From positions 5,113 through 69,112 of the forward strand of contig CAVTTD010000039.1 of assembly GCA_963737525.1 (NCBI GenBank): DNA of 64,000 nt, read 5' to 3'. How positions within the stretch are numbered: the first letter of the stretch is position 1; each line of letters opens with the position of its first letter. Under the pieces are notes generated by a model. The model did not search any database and was not told the DNA's origin. It worked only from the letters and a program-made list of their open reading frames with translations. The translations under genes were made by a program, and so were the position numbers. Positions 48,498-59,345 of the stretch are shown here, piece by piece. Source of the stretch: an uncultured Actinomycetota bacterium. GTDB taxonomy: Bacteria; Actinomycetota; UBA4738; HRBIN12.

Positions 48498-50087
48498 TCA
48501 CACCACGTCCGCGATCATGATCGGGGGAGCGTGGAAGTACGTGATCGACGGGGAGGACCCGACGGTGTCCTTCGCCATCTCCAGCGCGTCGCGGAACGAG
48601 CCGGCCGCGCGATAGCCGAGGCGCGCGACGGACTTGGGCTCTCCGCCGACGAAGATCACGTCGCCCGCGTGATCGCGCCCGTGCGCGCCCCAGTACCACA
48701 TGTAGAACGGATGGACGCCGTGGTACGCGTGGGACGTCCGGTAGAGATGCGTGTACCAGGGGTCGGTCGCGTAGCGCTCCTCGTACTTCGACTCGATCGT
48801 CGCGGGATCGGTCGTCTCGGCGAGCACCTCCTCGAAGAAGTCGATGTAGGAGGGGTGATGGATCTGGTGGAACTCCCACGGGACCGGGTGGTACATGATC
48901 ACGACGCCGCCCTGCTTCACGAGCGGCATGTTCCGGTACATGTTGAAGAGGTAGCCGAGCCCGAGGCAGTGCACGAGGATCGGGTTGAGGATCGAGTTGA
49001 CGTTGTACGGCCCGAGGTACGGCAGGCCGAGCACGAGGACGTCGGATTGCCCGCGGACCTCCACGAGCTGCTGCCGGTGGAGGTTCTCCAGCGTTCGCTC
49101 GTGGACGGCCTCGACCTCACCGGCGTTGATGCCCGTGATCTTGTAGGGCGCCTCGACCCGGCGGTAGAACTCCCGCCGCACCCGTGGCGGCGCCATCTGG
49201 TTCGCCTTCCGGGCCGCCATCATGAGCCCCTGGTCGTACGCGGACCACTCCCACTCCCGCTTGTTCAGGAAGCCGAGGTTCTTCGGGAACGTCTCGGCGT
49301 TCACCGTGGTCTCGATCTGGAAGACCTTCGGACCGTCGGCGGCGACGAGCCGGCCCATCCGGGTGGCGGAGTCGGCGATCGCGCTGTGGCCGGGACGGGT
49401 GTCCATGTAGGAGCGCGAGTGCATCATCGTCTCGACGTTGTGGTGGTGCTTCAGGGAGCGGTAGCCCGCGAGCCCGATCGCGACCGACTTGTGGCCGCCG
49501 TCCATGGCCACGAGGTTCACGTTGACGTAGACGAGGAGGTCGGACTCCGCGGCGCGCTTCGAGATCTCCACGACCTCGTGCTCGTCCGTCGTGCCGATGA
49601 GCGCGAGCGCGTCCTTGTCCTCGCCGTCGAAGTTGTAGAGGTCCTTGGGCCAGAACGAACGGAAGACCCGCTCGCCGACCATCCGCCGGATCTCGTCGGC
49701 GGTCATGCGACGGTGCAGGGCGGTGGCGACGACGATCTGCACGTCCTCGACCCCTTCGCGCGCCGCCAGTTCGATCACCTGTTCGAGGATCCGCTGGCGG
49801 ATGTCGGGCCGCGTCATCGGCGGCAACGGGATCGAGATGTCGTCCACGGCGATCGTGAGCTTCATCCCGGCCTTCAGGAGGTCCGGGAGCGGCTTCGAGT
49901 CCCCGGTCGGGTGGAGCAGGGCGTGGCGGATCGCCGCGTTGACGTCCCTGATCCCCGGGAGCGGATCGGGTGGATACACGACCCGGGTGCCGAGGGGGAA
50001 CTTCTGCAGACGGAATCCCTCGCCCTCGTGGACGAGGAGCGGGGGCGTTCGCTCGTCCACCTCCAAGACGAATCCGGGTCTGGGCAT
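48498..50087 (-). CDS. Lactate racemase (LarA/DUF2088) domain protein
   Basis: IRHALLHP, LTIAVDDISIP, VATALHRRMT, AESDLLVYVNVN, DGGHKS. Confidence 0.8.
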   Translation of the reverse strand: MPRPGFVLEVDERTPPLLVHEGEGFRLQKFPLGTRVVYPPDPLPGIRDVNAAIRHALLHPTGDSKPLPDLLKAGMKLTIAVDDISIPLPPMTRPDIRQRILEQVIELAAREGVEDVQIVVATALHRRMTADEIRRMVGERVFRSFWPKDLYNFDGEDKDALALIGTTDEHEVVEISKRAAESDLLVYVNVNLVAMDGGHKSVAIGLAGYRSLKHHHNVETMMHSRSYMDTRPGHSAIADSATRMGRLVAADGPKVFQIETTVNAETFPKNLGFLNKREWEWSAYDQGLMMAARKANQMAPPRVRREFYRRVEAPYKITGINAGEVEAVHERTLENLHRQQLVEVRGQSDVLVLGLPYLGPYNVNSILNPILVHCLGLGYLFNMYRNMPLVKQGGVVIMYHPVPWEFHQIHHPSYIDFFEEVLAETTDPATIESKYEERYATDPWYTHLYRTSHAYHGVHPFYMWYWGAHGRDHAGDVIFVGGEPKSVARLGYRAAGSFRDALEMAKDTVGSSPSITYFHAPPIMIADVV

Positions 50088-50103
50088 CTGTCGTCTCTCC
50101 TCG

Positions 50104-51312
50104 TCAGTCCTGTGGCGCGAACGCCACCTTGAAGGTGCCGAGCTTGCCGGCGGCCATCGCGTGATCGAGCGCCTCACGCCAGCGGTCGAGCGGGTAGGTC
50201 GCGCCCACCAGCTCCTCGAGCATGGGCAGGTTCGAGGCGAGCTCCATCGCCATCTCGAAGGTGGGGCGCGTGACGCCCTTCCCGAGGTCCTCCACGCCCG
50301 ACGTGTACGCACCCGCGAGCTCGAGCTCGCGGAACCACAACGGGGTGAGGTCGGCGCCGCTCCCGGGGATGCCCGAGACCACGACACGCCCGCCCGCCTT
50401 CGTCGTCCGGAGCGCCAGGTCGAGGGCGCTGCTCGACCCCGTGCATTCGATCGCCACGTCGACGCCCCCGAGGAGGAAGTCCATCCCGCGCTCGGGCGTG
50501 AGCTTCACCGCGTGATCGGTCCGCCGAACCGCCTTCACGGCGTGTTCCGGCCGGACGACGTCGTCGGCGCCGGCCATCGTCGCGGCGGCGCGCTGACGCT
50601 GATGCTTCGCCGCCACCACGACGTGATCGGCCTTCGTCAGCGCCTTGATCGCGATCAGCGTGAGGATGCCCACCGTGCCGGCGCCGACGACGTGGACGGT
50701 TCCCCCGGCGGGGATCTCCGCGCGGAACGTCGCATGGATCGCGCACGCCAAGGGCTCGATGAGCACGGCGGTCTGGTCGCTCATCCCGTCGGGAACCGGC
50801 CAGAGCTGCGAGCGGTGGGCGAGCATCAGCCGGCTCCATCCGCCTCCGGTCTCGCTGCAGTAGCCGGTCTGGAGTCCCGGCTTGAGATGACCGACCGTGA
50901 CCCGGTCGCAGCGGCCGACCTGTCCCGAAGCGCAGTTCTCGCACGGCGGGTCCTCTCCTCGTGCCGCGCATCCCAGGACGCTCGCGATCACGACGCGCTG
51001 CCCGGCCACGAGGTCGCCGACGTCGTCGAGGAGCTCGCCGACGACCTCGTGGCCGGGCACGAACGGCAGCGACACGAGCGGAGAGAAGTAGAGGGATGAC
51101 CTCCCGGCGATCGTGGAGAGGTCGCTCCCGCAGATGCCGGAGAGCCGGGGCTTGACGCGCGCCCACCCCTCGCGCTTCGGCTCCGGATCCTTCTGGGTCA
51201 CGAGCCGGAGCGGCGCCAAGCCGGCGGTCACCAAGCCGGGCGCCTTCGACCCGAGCGTCCGGGTGCCGAGGTACTTCGGCGCGGAACGGTAGAACTCGAG
51301 CGCCAGCGCCAT
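50104..51312 (-). CDS. Zinc-binding alcohol dehydrogenase (MDR family)
   Basis: GICGSD, VPGHEVVG, structural Zn Cys cluster C...CENCASGQVGRC, IEPLACAIH, VVGAGTVG. Confidence 0.92.
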   Translation of the reverse strand: MALALEFYRSAPKYLGTRTLGSKAPGLVTAGLAPLRLVTQKDPEPKREGWARVKPRLSGICGSDLSTIAGRSSLYFSPLVSLPFVPGHEVVGELLDDVGDLVAGQRVVIASVLGCAARGEDPPCENCASGQVGRCDRVTVGHLKPGLQTGYCSETGGGWSRLMLAHRSQLWPVPDGMSDQTAVLIEPLACAIHATFRAEIPAGGTVHVVGAGTVGILTLIAIKALTKADHVVVAAKHQRQRAAATMAGADDVVRPEHAVKAVRRTDHAVKLTPERGMDFLLGGVDVAIECTGSSSALDLALRTTKAGGRVVVSGIPGSGADLTPLWFRELELAGAYTSGVEDLGKGVTRPTFEMAMELASNLPMLEELVGATYPLDRWREALDHAMAAGKLGTFKVAFAPQD

Positions 51313-51317
51313 GAGCC

Positions 51318-53625
51318 CTACCTCCTCGCCGGCTTCGGGAAGCGGACCCGCGGCATCCCCTTCGACATGGCCCATTCCTCGATCGGCCAGCGGCGGCGGC
51401 GCGCGAACCGGTAGAGGTGGGAATCCGGTGACACGGCCACCGGGTTCCCCACCGCGCGGAGCAGCGGCAGGTCGGAGTAGGAGTCCGCGTAGGCGTAGGA
51501 CAGCTTCAGGTCGACGCCCTCCGTCGAGGCGTAGCGGCGGAGCCACGCCGCTCGCGCCTCGCCGACGAGCGGCGGACTGGACATGAACCCCGTGTACCTG
51601 CCCTTGTCGTCCACCTGGAGGTCCGCCCCGATCACCACGTCGAACAGGGGATCGAGCGGCCGGAGGAACGCGTTGGCGGCGGCGGTGAGCAGCAGCGTCC
51701 GGTGTCCGGCCGCTCGATGCTCGCGGATCCGACGGATCGCTCCCGGGCTGGCCTTCTCGAGCATGAACTCCCCGACGTGGCGATCGATCAGTCGGTCGAG
51801 ACCCTCCACGGAGGCGCCCTCGTACCGGCGGAAGAACGTCCGCAGGAAGTCACCCCGATCCCGTCGGTCGATCGCCAGGTATCGCGGGATCCGGCCGAAC
51901 ACGCCGACCAGCTCACCCGGCCACTCGTCGGGCTCGAGGTCCGCCATCCTCGCCCACACGTAGGACTCGACGACGTTCGAGGAGATGATCGTCCCCTCCA
52001 TGTCGAACACGGCCAGGACCGGTTCTTCGCGCTCCCGGATCTTGACCGTGGGACGGACCCGATCCTTCCGAGCCAGCTCGCGGAGCGACTGCGTCACCGC
52101 GGGCGAGTGGACATCCTGCAGGTAGTACTTCCAGTCGATCGCGGCCGCGTCGAAGGGGAACCTGGCTCGGTCTTCCGCGGTCAGGCTGCCGGTAGAGGGC
52201 CATCGCCACGTCGTCGGTGTAGATCACCTCGGCTTCCGTGTAGGCGCCGTAGAGATCGGAGTAGCGCTTCACGAAGTCGACCCGGGCCTTGTCGCGATCC
52301 ACTCGACCCACCGCGTCGCGCATCGCCTTGGACTTCGGGAGGTGCGTGACGACCTTCTCGGCGATGTCGGTGAGCTGCTCGGCTCGACGGAGCATCTTCT
52401 CGACCGTGACGTTGCCGGGGAAGGTCCACTCGGGAACCTTGTGCTCGCCCCGGCCCCGCTCGGGGAGCGGGTGCGCCTCGAAATACTCTCGGACGAGCGT
52501 GTACAGCTGGTGGAACTGCAGCGGGTTCCGGTCGCCCGAACAGACGTGGTAGTGAGCGGGCTGGCCGGGGGGTGGCGGGGTCGCCGCCACGGCGAGGATC
52601 GCGTTCACGACGAAGTCCACCGGGATGATGTCCACGATCCCTTCCGGGATGCCGGGGAACTCGGGGATCTGTCCCAGGCCGTAGGACCGGATGATCGGGT
52701 CGGCCATCTTGAATCCGTCGATCCATCCCGGCGAAGGGTGGAGCAACGCGGACTCGATGATGGACGGTCGAACGATCGACAAGGGCAGGCTCTCCTCGGC
52801 GGCGAGCTCCTCCACGGCGCGCTCGCCCATCGCCTTGGTGAACGTGTAGACGTCCGGCCAGCCGAGCGACCGGGCGCGCTGACGCCCGTATTCGACGAGC
52901 CGCTTGGTCATCCAGTCCTTGCGACGCTGCTCGGCATCCTCGGCGACGGTCGTGGGACCGGCCCGAGAGTGCTCCTCGGCGGCGTCCGCGAGGAAGCGCT
53001 CGAGGAGCTCGGGTTTCCTGGAGGACGCCTCGACGTCGCCACGCGACCGGAGCGCGAGGTCGGCTTCGAGTCTCCAATCGACGCGGTGGTCCAGGGTGCG
53101 CTCCGGGATCACGCCTTTCTGCACACCCGCGACGTAGGCGGTGGAGACGTGGACGAGCGCGGGTCGCGAGCCGCCGGCGAGGACGCCTCGGTAGAGGTTC
53201 ATCGCGCCGAGCAGGTTCGTCTGGAAGCCCTCGTCGATCGGTGGGTCGAAGGCGACGGTCGCCGCCGAGTGGATCGTGACGTCGATGTCGCCCGGCAGGT
53301 CGGGCTGCCCGCGCGAGAAGTCGCCGTCGATGACCTCGACCCGCTCGTCCAGGAGTCGCAGGAGCGCATCATCCGACCCCAGGGTGGCGCGCAGCCCATC
53401 GAAGGAAGGCTTCCGCGTCAGGTAGTGGACCCGCTCGACGGAGGAAGCACCCGCCTGCGAACGGACCAGCAACAGGATGCGCGTCTCCGGCAGATCGGCG
53501 AGGAGGCGCTCGAGGACGACCTGGCCCAGGAACCCGGTGACGCCCGTGAGGAAGATGCGCTTGCCGGCCAGGCGCTCGACGATGGATCGGTCTCCGGCCC
53601 TGGGCCGCTTCCGCTTCTCTACCAT
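51318..53625 (-). CDS. Fatty acyl-CoA reductase (NAD_binding_4 + Sterile) fused to a HAD-IB phosphatase, frameshift near 52190
   Basis: IFLTGVTGFLG, HSAATVAFD, HVSTAYV, YTFTKAMGE, IVRPSII, GWIDG, VDIIPVDFVVN; then FDMEGTII, LLTAA, AYADSYSDLPLLRAVGNPVAVSPD. Confidence 0.9.
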
Positions 53626-53630
53626 CCGGC

Positions 53631-53662
53631 AGATTATCCGCCCTCTACCGGTCGGTAGACAA
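53631..53662 (-). promoter_or_regulatory. Leaderless-type promoter overlapped by the palindrome TCTACCG-GT-CGGTAGA (53644-53659)
   Basis: Minus strand TTGTCT-N18-GATAAT-7 nt-ATG(53625). A perfect 7-bp inverted repeat covers the -35 and spacer. Confidence 0.6.
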
Positions 53663-53727
53663 CCCCCGGACCTCAAGAGGCCTGGTCATGACGTCGAAGG
53701 CATGATGTCGGACTTCCTACAGGAGAA

Positions 53728-55010
53728 GTGATCGTGTCCCTTCGCTCGAAGATGCTTGCGATGTCGACCATCCCGGTGGTCGTGCTCATCTTCGCCGTCA
53801 TGTATTCGGTCTCCGCGCAACGGACCGCTTCACGAACCAACGCCGAAGTGGACAGGACGAACGCGGTCAGGCAATTGCTGGCCGAGATGGAGAACGATCT
53901 GGGGGTTGCCGAGTCGGGCGTCCGCGGATTCCTGCTGACCGACCGAGCCGGGATGAAAGCCGAGTACGAGAGCGCCGTCACGGACCTTCGACATGACCTC
54001 GCGAGGCTCGATCTCCGGGTCGCCGAAAAGCTCCAGCGCACACGGCTCGATCGGCTCAACGAGCTGGTCGACGAACGGGTGGCGACCTTCCGGGCCAGCC
54101 TTCGGGCCGGGAGCGTACGGAACGCCGGAGGGTCAGGCTCGGCTCGTGACGTTGCTCCTTCACGGTCAGACGATCACCGACGCCCTGCGCGGACTGACCG
54201 AACAGATGCGGGCGACCGCCGATGAGCTGGCTGCCCAAAGGGTCTTGGCGCGCGATACCGCCTTCGAGCGTTCCTACTTCGTGGAGGTGCTCGCGATGCC
54301 GGCGGCCGTGGCCTCGGCCATGATCCTCATGGTCGGCTTCACGGCGAGCATCGTGAGGCGGGTCCACAAGATGCGCAACAACGCGAGAAGGCTGGACCAA
54401 GGGAGGCCGCTCGAGGACCCGGACACCTCCCAGGACGAGCTCGGCTCGCTGTCTCGAGCCCTGGTCCGAGCCGGATCCCACGTCTCGGAGTTGCAGGAGG
54501 AGCTGCGCCAGCTCGCCACGGTGGACGAGCTCACCGGTCTCGCCAACCGCCGTGGCTTCTTCGCGTTGGGTGAACACGAGCTCCTGGTCGCCGCCCGGAC
54601 CCGGTCGGCGATCGCGCTGCTCTTCGTCGATGTCGACGGACTGAAGAAGGTCAACGACGAGCTCGGCCACGCCATGGGCGACCAATTGCTGAAGGAGGCG
54701 GCCGACGTGATCCGCGAAACGATCCGCGTGTCGGACCTCGCCGGGCGCATCGGCGGAGATGAGTTCTGCGTCCTCCTGCTCGGCGACCCGGATCTCGACC
54801 CCGCGCGTGCGGTGCAGCGGCTCCGGCAGACGGCCGACTCGCACAACGCCGATCCCGATCGGCGAGTTCGACGTGTCGCTCTCGATCGGCGTTTCCGCCC
54901 TTCCGCCGGGTCGCTCTGTCACTCTCGAGGAACTCATCGACGCCGCTGACGAAGGCATGTACGAGGACAAGCGCGGGAAGCGCGATCCGCAGGCGGTCTC
55001 GTCGATCTGA
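53728..55010 (+). CDS. CHASE3/HAMP-GGDEF diguanylate cyclase, frameshifts near 54115, 54170 and 54860
   Basis: AESGVRGFLLT (CHASE3), DELGSL, DELTGLANRR, FVDVDGLKKVNDELGHAMGD, RIGGDEF, ADEGMYEDK. Confidence 0.9.
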
Positions 55011-55092
55011 CGCAGTGACGCGAGTCTCCTTCCAACTCATCGGGGCGGTCGGTCACTGCTAGGGTCGCCGGGATGACGTCGATCACCGAACC

Positions 55093-55507
55093 TTGCAGCG
55101 ACGGATGATCGATGTCGGCTTCTGGGCGTTAACGGCCGCCTGCGTCGCCGCCACCCTCTGGTTCAGCTTCGTGGCACCGCCTCCGGGCACCGATCTCTTC
55201 CCCGGCGCCGACAAGGTGGACCACGCTGTCGCGTACTTCGCGACGACGATGAGCTTCCTCTTCGCGGCCGTCTGGCGTCCGGGGAGGGGGGTCGGTCGCT
55301 ACCCACACCTTGGGAAGTGGTTCGCCGTAGCCGCGATCGCGGGCGGCGGCGTGATCGAGATCCTCCAGAGCATGACCGCCACACGCGCGCGGGGACCTCG
55401 ACGATCTGGTGGCCGAGGCGATCGGCACCGTTGCCGCCCTCCTTGTTCATGCGCTGATCCGTCGGCTTTCTACTCTCCACCGTCTGCGAGCGGGTCTGCG
55501 ATCGTGA
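55093..55507 (+). CDS. VanZ-like membrane protein, frameshift near 55388
   Basis: DKVDHAVAYF, IEILQS, then DLDDLVAEAIG in the second frame. Confidence 0.75.
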
Positions 55508-55671
55508 CCTGGCGTGGACCCTTCCTTTGTCTGGTCGTTGCCAGGGGACGAGGAACTCCCCGCGGCGCGTCGAGGCGGTATCAGCGGACGGCTGTGGGCA
55601 GGGGTGTCGATTCGATGCCGAGCTGTGCACACCCTGGGCTGGCCGGACTTCGCTGTGAGGTCAATCAGGTG

Positions 55672-56549
55672 TCACGGGATGGGGCGGCTCGATAGCGTAC
55701 CGGATGCCCGAGTCGCTATCCGAGCGCCCAGCCACCCACCCAAAGCAACGAGACAACGGCTCCGAGTGAGTGGACCTATCGGCGCTGACCGAACCGCCTG
55801 TAGATATGCCGCCGCCTGGATGACGCGATTTAGCGCTGCCACTCGGGAGTCTCGGGTCGACGTAGAGCGCCCGTCGGACAATGGAGGAGTGATGGGTGTC
55901 CCGGGATTGGTGGTCACGTTCGGAAGAAGTCGTACTCCGGGAGCCCAACGAACCTCCCACGCAGGGATAGCTCAGCGAGAAGAACATGATCACACGAGGC
56001 GTTGCTCCTGAACAGACCGGTATCGGCGAGAACGCTCGACCGGATGACGCCGAACATCGGGGTCGCCCAGAACGGCCACCGCATCAATGAGGAGAGTCGG
56101 ACGGCGGGGTCTAGCGAGGTCATGTCGGGCCCGGGGCCATGCCTCTTCCTGACCTGGCCGTTTTCGTCGATCATCGCCACCCGTGGATAGACGAGTACAA
56201 CGCCTGGGTCGCGATCCAGCACCTCGACACACCTACCAAGCAGGTTGGGACCGCAGATGTCATCGTAAGCTGCCCACTTGAAGAACTCTCCGGAGGATAG
56301 ACGGAAAGCCTGATTGAAGTTACCTACGATGCCCACGTTGAGCCGATTCCGGACGTACCTGATGCGATCGTCTCTTGCGGCGTACCGGAGGCAGATGTCT
56401 TCGGTTCCGTCGGTAGAGGCGTTATCCGAGATGATCAGCTCGAAGTCCTCAAACCGCTGATTCAGGAGCGACTCCAGCCCATCCGCTAGATAGCGCTCGC
56501 TGTTGTAGACCGTCAGCCCGATGCTCACCCGAGGAACGCGGTTACCCAT
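55672..56549 (-). CDS. GT2 family glycosyltransferase; 3' part frameshifted, end approximate
   Basis: VSIGLTVYN, IISDNASTDGT, NFNQAF, FFKWAAYDD. Confidence 0.88.
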
Positions 56550-56573
56550 GGCCGCCGATCGGAGGCTGCCGTC

Positions 56574-57872
56574 TTAGACGGGAGCGTGGTCGGTGGCTTC
56601 GAAAACCCCCTGCATCCTAGGATCCTCATCAACTGCCCTCACGTACTGCCCCCACGAGACAAGCAACTCAAGACCACCGGCTACTGCGAATCCCCATGCA
56701 ACCCCACGGGCGCCCGCCAGTAACGCGCCCATAACCCCGGCTACGAGGGTGAGCACCGCGACGATACTCCTCGCCCTGAGACTCCGTCGCGCTGCTGCCA
56801 TAGCTCGCAATCCAACCACCGCGCCGTAAGAACCCGCGTAGCCGACCACCGCGATCGTCAGAGGAAGAAGAACACTTCGTGCACCCTGCCAGTTTTCGCC
56901 CAGAAGTTTCATCCCCAAGCTCGCGGGAAGGAACAAGGCGAATGTGCCCCATGCAGCAGCCATCCCAGCCACGCCCAACGAGAGCAGAACCATTGCCCGG
57001 CGGAACATTGCGGGGGATGCGACCAGGAACCGGACGCTCTCCGGGACGGCGACGAGCCCGACGGCACTGAACATAACGTATAGAGGGCCAAGGAGGATCT
57101 GGCCTGCGCGTAGAGCTGCGGCCTGGCTGAGGCCCGCTATGCCCCCAACGAGGAAGACGGTCAGTTGCGAAGTGCCACTCGAAACAGCGAACTCGCCGAG
57201 GAATCGAGGAGCAAGAGCACGTTGCTCATGGAGCCACGTCAGAGTCGTGGACGGCGAGGGCATCACTTTGGCCTGGAGGATCCCGGTGACGGCCGCGACA
57301 GATCCGGCGCCACCCCATACCAGGATCATCGATCCGACCGTGGCACGCCCCGTGTAGACCAGCAGCGCAACAGACGGGAACAGGATGATGGCCCAGACGA
57401 GGTCATTGCCGAATGCCCGGCCCTCCCTCCGCCCGGCGAAGAAGGCAAATCGCCAGGCATCCTGAAGGAGTAAGCCCGGCATCGTGACTCCGAGCATCAG
57501 GAACGCCGACCCAAGCGAACCGTCCATGAGCCACCCGGCCACCAAGCATGCGACCCCGACGGTGATTCCCATAGCGACAGCGAGTCCGCTCGCGGAGCGG
57601 ACCCCGCGCCTCCAGTCGGCATCGTTCACCGCGCTGTAGGTGACCGAAAGAGGCTCCGACGCAAGTGCCCGTGATGCCCCCAGTGCCAAGGTGTACGTCA
57701 CGAATGCGATACTGAAAGCGCCGAAGTCACTGGGCGGTAGCGTTGAGCTACCAACAGACCAACGACGAAGTTCGTCGAACTGGACAGCACCTGATCCGCA
57801 AGTCCCCAGCTCAGACGTGGTGGTCCGGCCTATCCCCTCCTCGCGTTCGCGCCCGCTCGAGGCGCGTCTCAT
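56574..57872 (-). CDS. Polysaccharide export/flippase-like (Wzx/MATE-like) membrane protein; 5' frameshifts, start approximate
   Basis: About 12 TMs; WGLADQVLSSSTNF in an adjacent frame, DFGAFSIAF, EPLSV, LLQDAWRFAFF. Confidence 0.75.
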   Translation of the reverse strand: MRRASSGREREEGIGRTTTSELGTCGSGAVQFDELRRWSVGSSTLPPSDFGAFSIAFVTYTLALGASRALASEPLSVTYSAVNDADWRRGVRSASGLAVAMGITVGVACLVAGWLMDGSLGSAFLMLGVTMPGLLLQDAWRFAFFAGRREGRAFGNDLVWAIILFPSVALLVYTGRATVGSMILVWGGAGSVAAVTGILQAKVMPSPSTTLTWLHEQRALAPRFLGEFAVSSGTSQLTVFLVGGIAGLSQAAALRAGQILLGPLYVMFSAVGLVAVPESVRFLVASPAMFRRAMVLLSLGVAGMAAAWGTFALFLPASLGMKLLGENWQGARSVLLPLTIAVVGYAGSYGAVVGLRAMAAARRSLRARSIVAVLTLVAGVMGALLAGARGVAWGFAVAGGLELLVSWGQYVRAVDEDPRMQGVFEATDHAPV

Positions 57873-58062
57873 CGGGGGTCGCCCCAATGGGAGCGACACT
57901 CCAGCGATCGGGTCCTGACGTCCAGTCGATAGGGGCTCCAGCATGGACTCTGCTTTTCCCTATCCTTGGATGCGCGGGCGGGTCGATTTCGCGTCTTCGC
58001 CTTCCTCTATCACGACTGGTCGTCGACCTCTCGACCCGTCCCGGCGCAGGCTCTTCGGGAGA

Positions 58063-59319
58063 TCAGTCGACGACTGTGAGCTCGGGGATGGCGATGACGA
58101 ACCGGCCACCCCAATCCTTGATGAACGACATCTGGTCCATGATCTCGTTCTTGAGGTTCCAAGGCATGATCATCAGGTAGTTCGGGTCGGTCTCCTTGAT
58201 CCGATCCGGATGGAAGACCGGGATATGGGTTCCGGGGAGGAACCGCCCCTGCTTGTGGGGGCTCCGATCCACCACGTAGTCGATGACGTCCGTTCGGATG
58301 CCACAGTAATTGAGCAGTGTGTTGCCTTTGCCGGGAGCGCCATAGCCCACGATCGACTTCCCCTCGCGCTTCGCTCGTATAGCGAACTCCAGAAGTTTGC
58401 GCTTTGTCTCTTTCACCCGTTCGGAGAACGACCGGTAGTAGTCCATGGCTCGAAGCCCCGCGGCTTCCTCTCTCGACCGCAGTTCATGAACCCGGCTGGT
58501 GACCGGGCGGGTGCGGTCCTCCGCGTGACGGGCGTAGATCCTCATCGACCCACCGTGGGTCGCCAGCTCCTCGACGTCGAAGATGGTGAGCCGATGCGCC
58601 TCGAACACTCGCGTTACGGAGACGAGGGAGAAGTAAGAGAAGTGCTCGTGGTAGATGGTGTCAAATTGGTTCTCCTCGACAAGTCGCATGAGGCTCGGGA
58701 ATTCCATCGTGATGACACCGCCTGACTTGAGGGCGATCTGCATTCCCTCCACGAACCCATTCAGATCCGGCACCTGAGCCAGCACGTTGTTCCCTAGCAG
58801 CAGCTCAGCTGTCAGCCCGGTGGCGACAAGCTGCCTCGCCATCTCGACTCCGAAGAACGCAACCTGGGTCGGAATACCGCGGCTGATTGCCTCAGTGGCC
58901 ACGTTGGCTGCAGGCTCGACACCTAACACTGGGATGTCGCGGTCCCGGAAGTACCGGAGCAGGTACCCGTCATTGCTCCCAACCTCGACTACCTGGCTTC
59001 CCTGGTTGAGACCAAGGCGATCGATGATCATCTCCACGTAGGCTTCAGCATGTTGCAACCAACTATCGGAATAGGAGGAGAAATAGGGGTAGTCGCTGAA
59101 GATCTCGCCCGGACTGACGTACTCCTCTAGCTGCACCAGGAAGCATCCCTCGCACACCCAAACGTGAAGAGGGTAGAAGGGTTCCATGCGATCGAGGTCT
59201 TGCGGAAGCAGATATGTTTCGCAGAGCGGCGACATCCCGAGATCGACGAACGTGAACCGGAGGGCATCGCCGCATGACCGGCAACTGGGTTCACGGGCAG
59301 AGTATCCGTGTGACTGCAC
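58063..59319 (-). CDS. NDP-hexose C-methyltransferase
   Basis: CRSC...DLGMSPL...CEGCFLVQL, YPYFSS, VEVGSNDGYLL, FDTIYHEH, HGGSMR, YGAPGKGNTLLNYC. Confidence 0.92.
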   Translation of the reverse strand: MQSHGYSAREPSCRSCGDALRFTFVDLGMSPLCETYLLPQDLDRMEPFYPLHVWVCEGCFLVQLEEYVSPGEIFSDYPYFSSYSDSWLQHAEAYVEMIIDRLGLNQGSQVVEVGSNDGYLLRYFRDRDIPVLGVEPAANVATEAISRGIPTQVAFFGVEMARQLVATGLTAELLLGNNVLAQVPDLNGFVEGMQIALKSGGVITMEFPSLMRLVEENQFDTIYHEHFSYFSLVSVTRVFEAHRLTIFDVEELATHGGSMRIYARHAEDRTRPVTSRVHELRSREEAAGLRAMDYYRSFSERVKETKRKLLEFAIRAKREGKSIVGYGAPGKGNTLLNYCGIRTDVIDYVVDRSPHKQGRFLPGTHIPVFHPDRIKETDPNYLMIMPWNLKNEIMDQMSFIKDWGGRFVIAIPELTVVD

Positions 59320-59345
59320 GCTGGTCCTCGTTCGGATCGCGTCCC

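Noticed and set aside
55507-55672. Structured ncRNA (tmRNA- or tRNA-like) at the island boundary
   Set aside because: Only a short GGGTGT/ACACCC inverted repeat; no recognisable family features.
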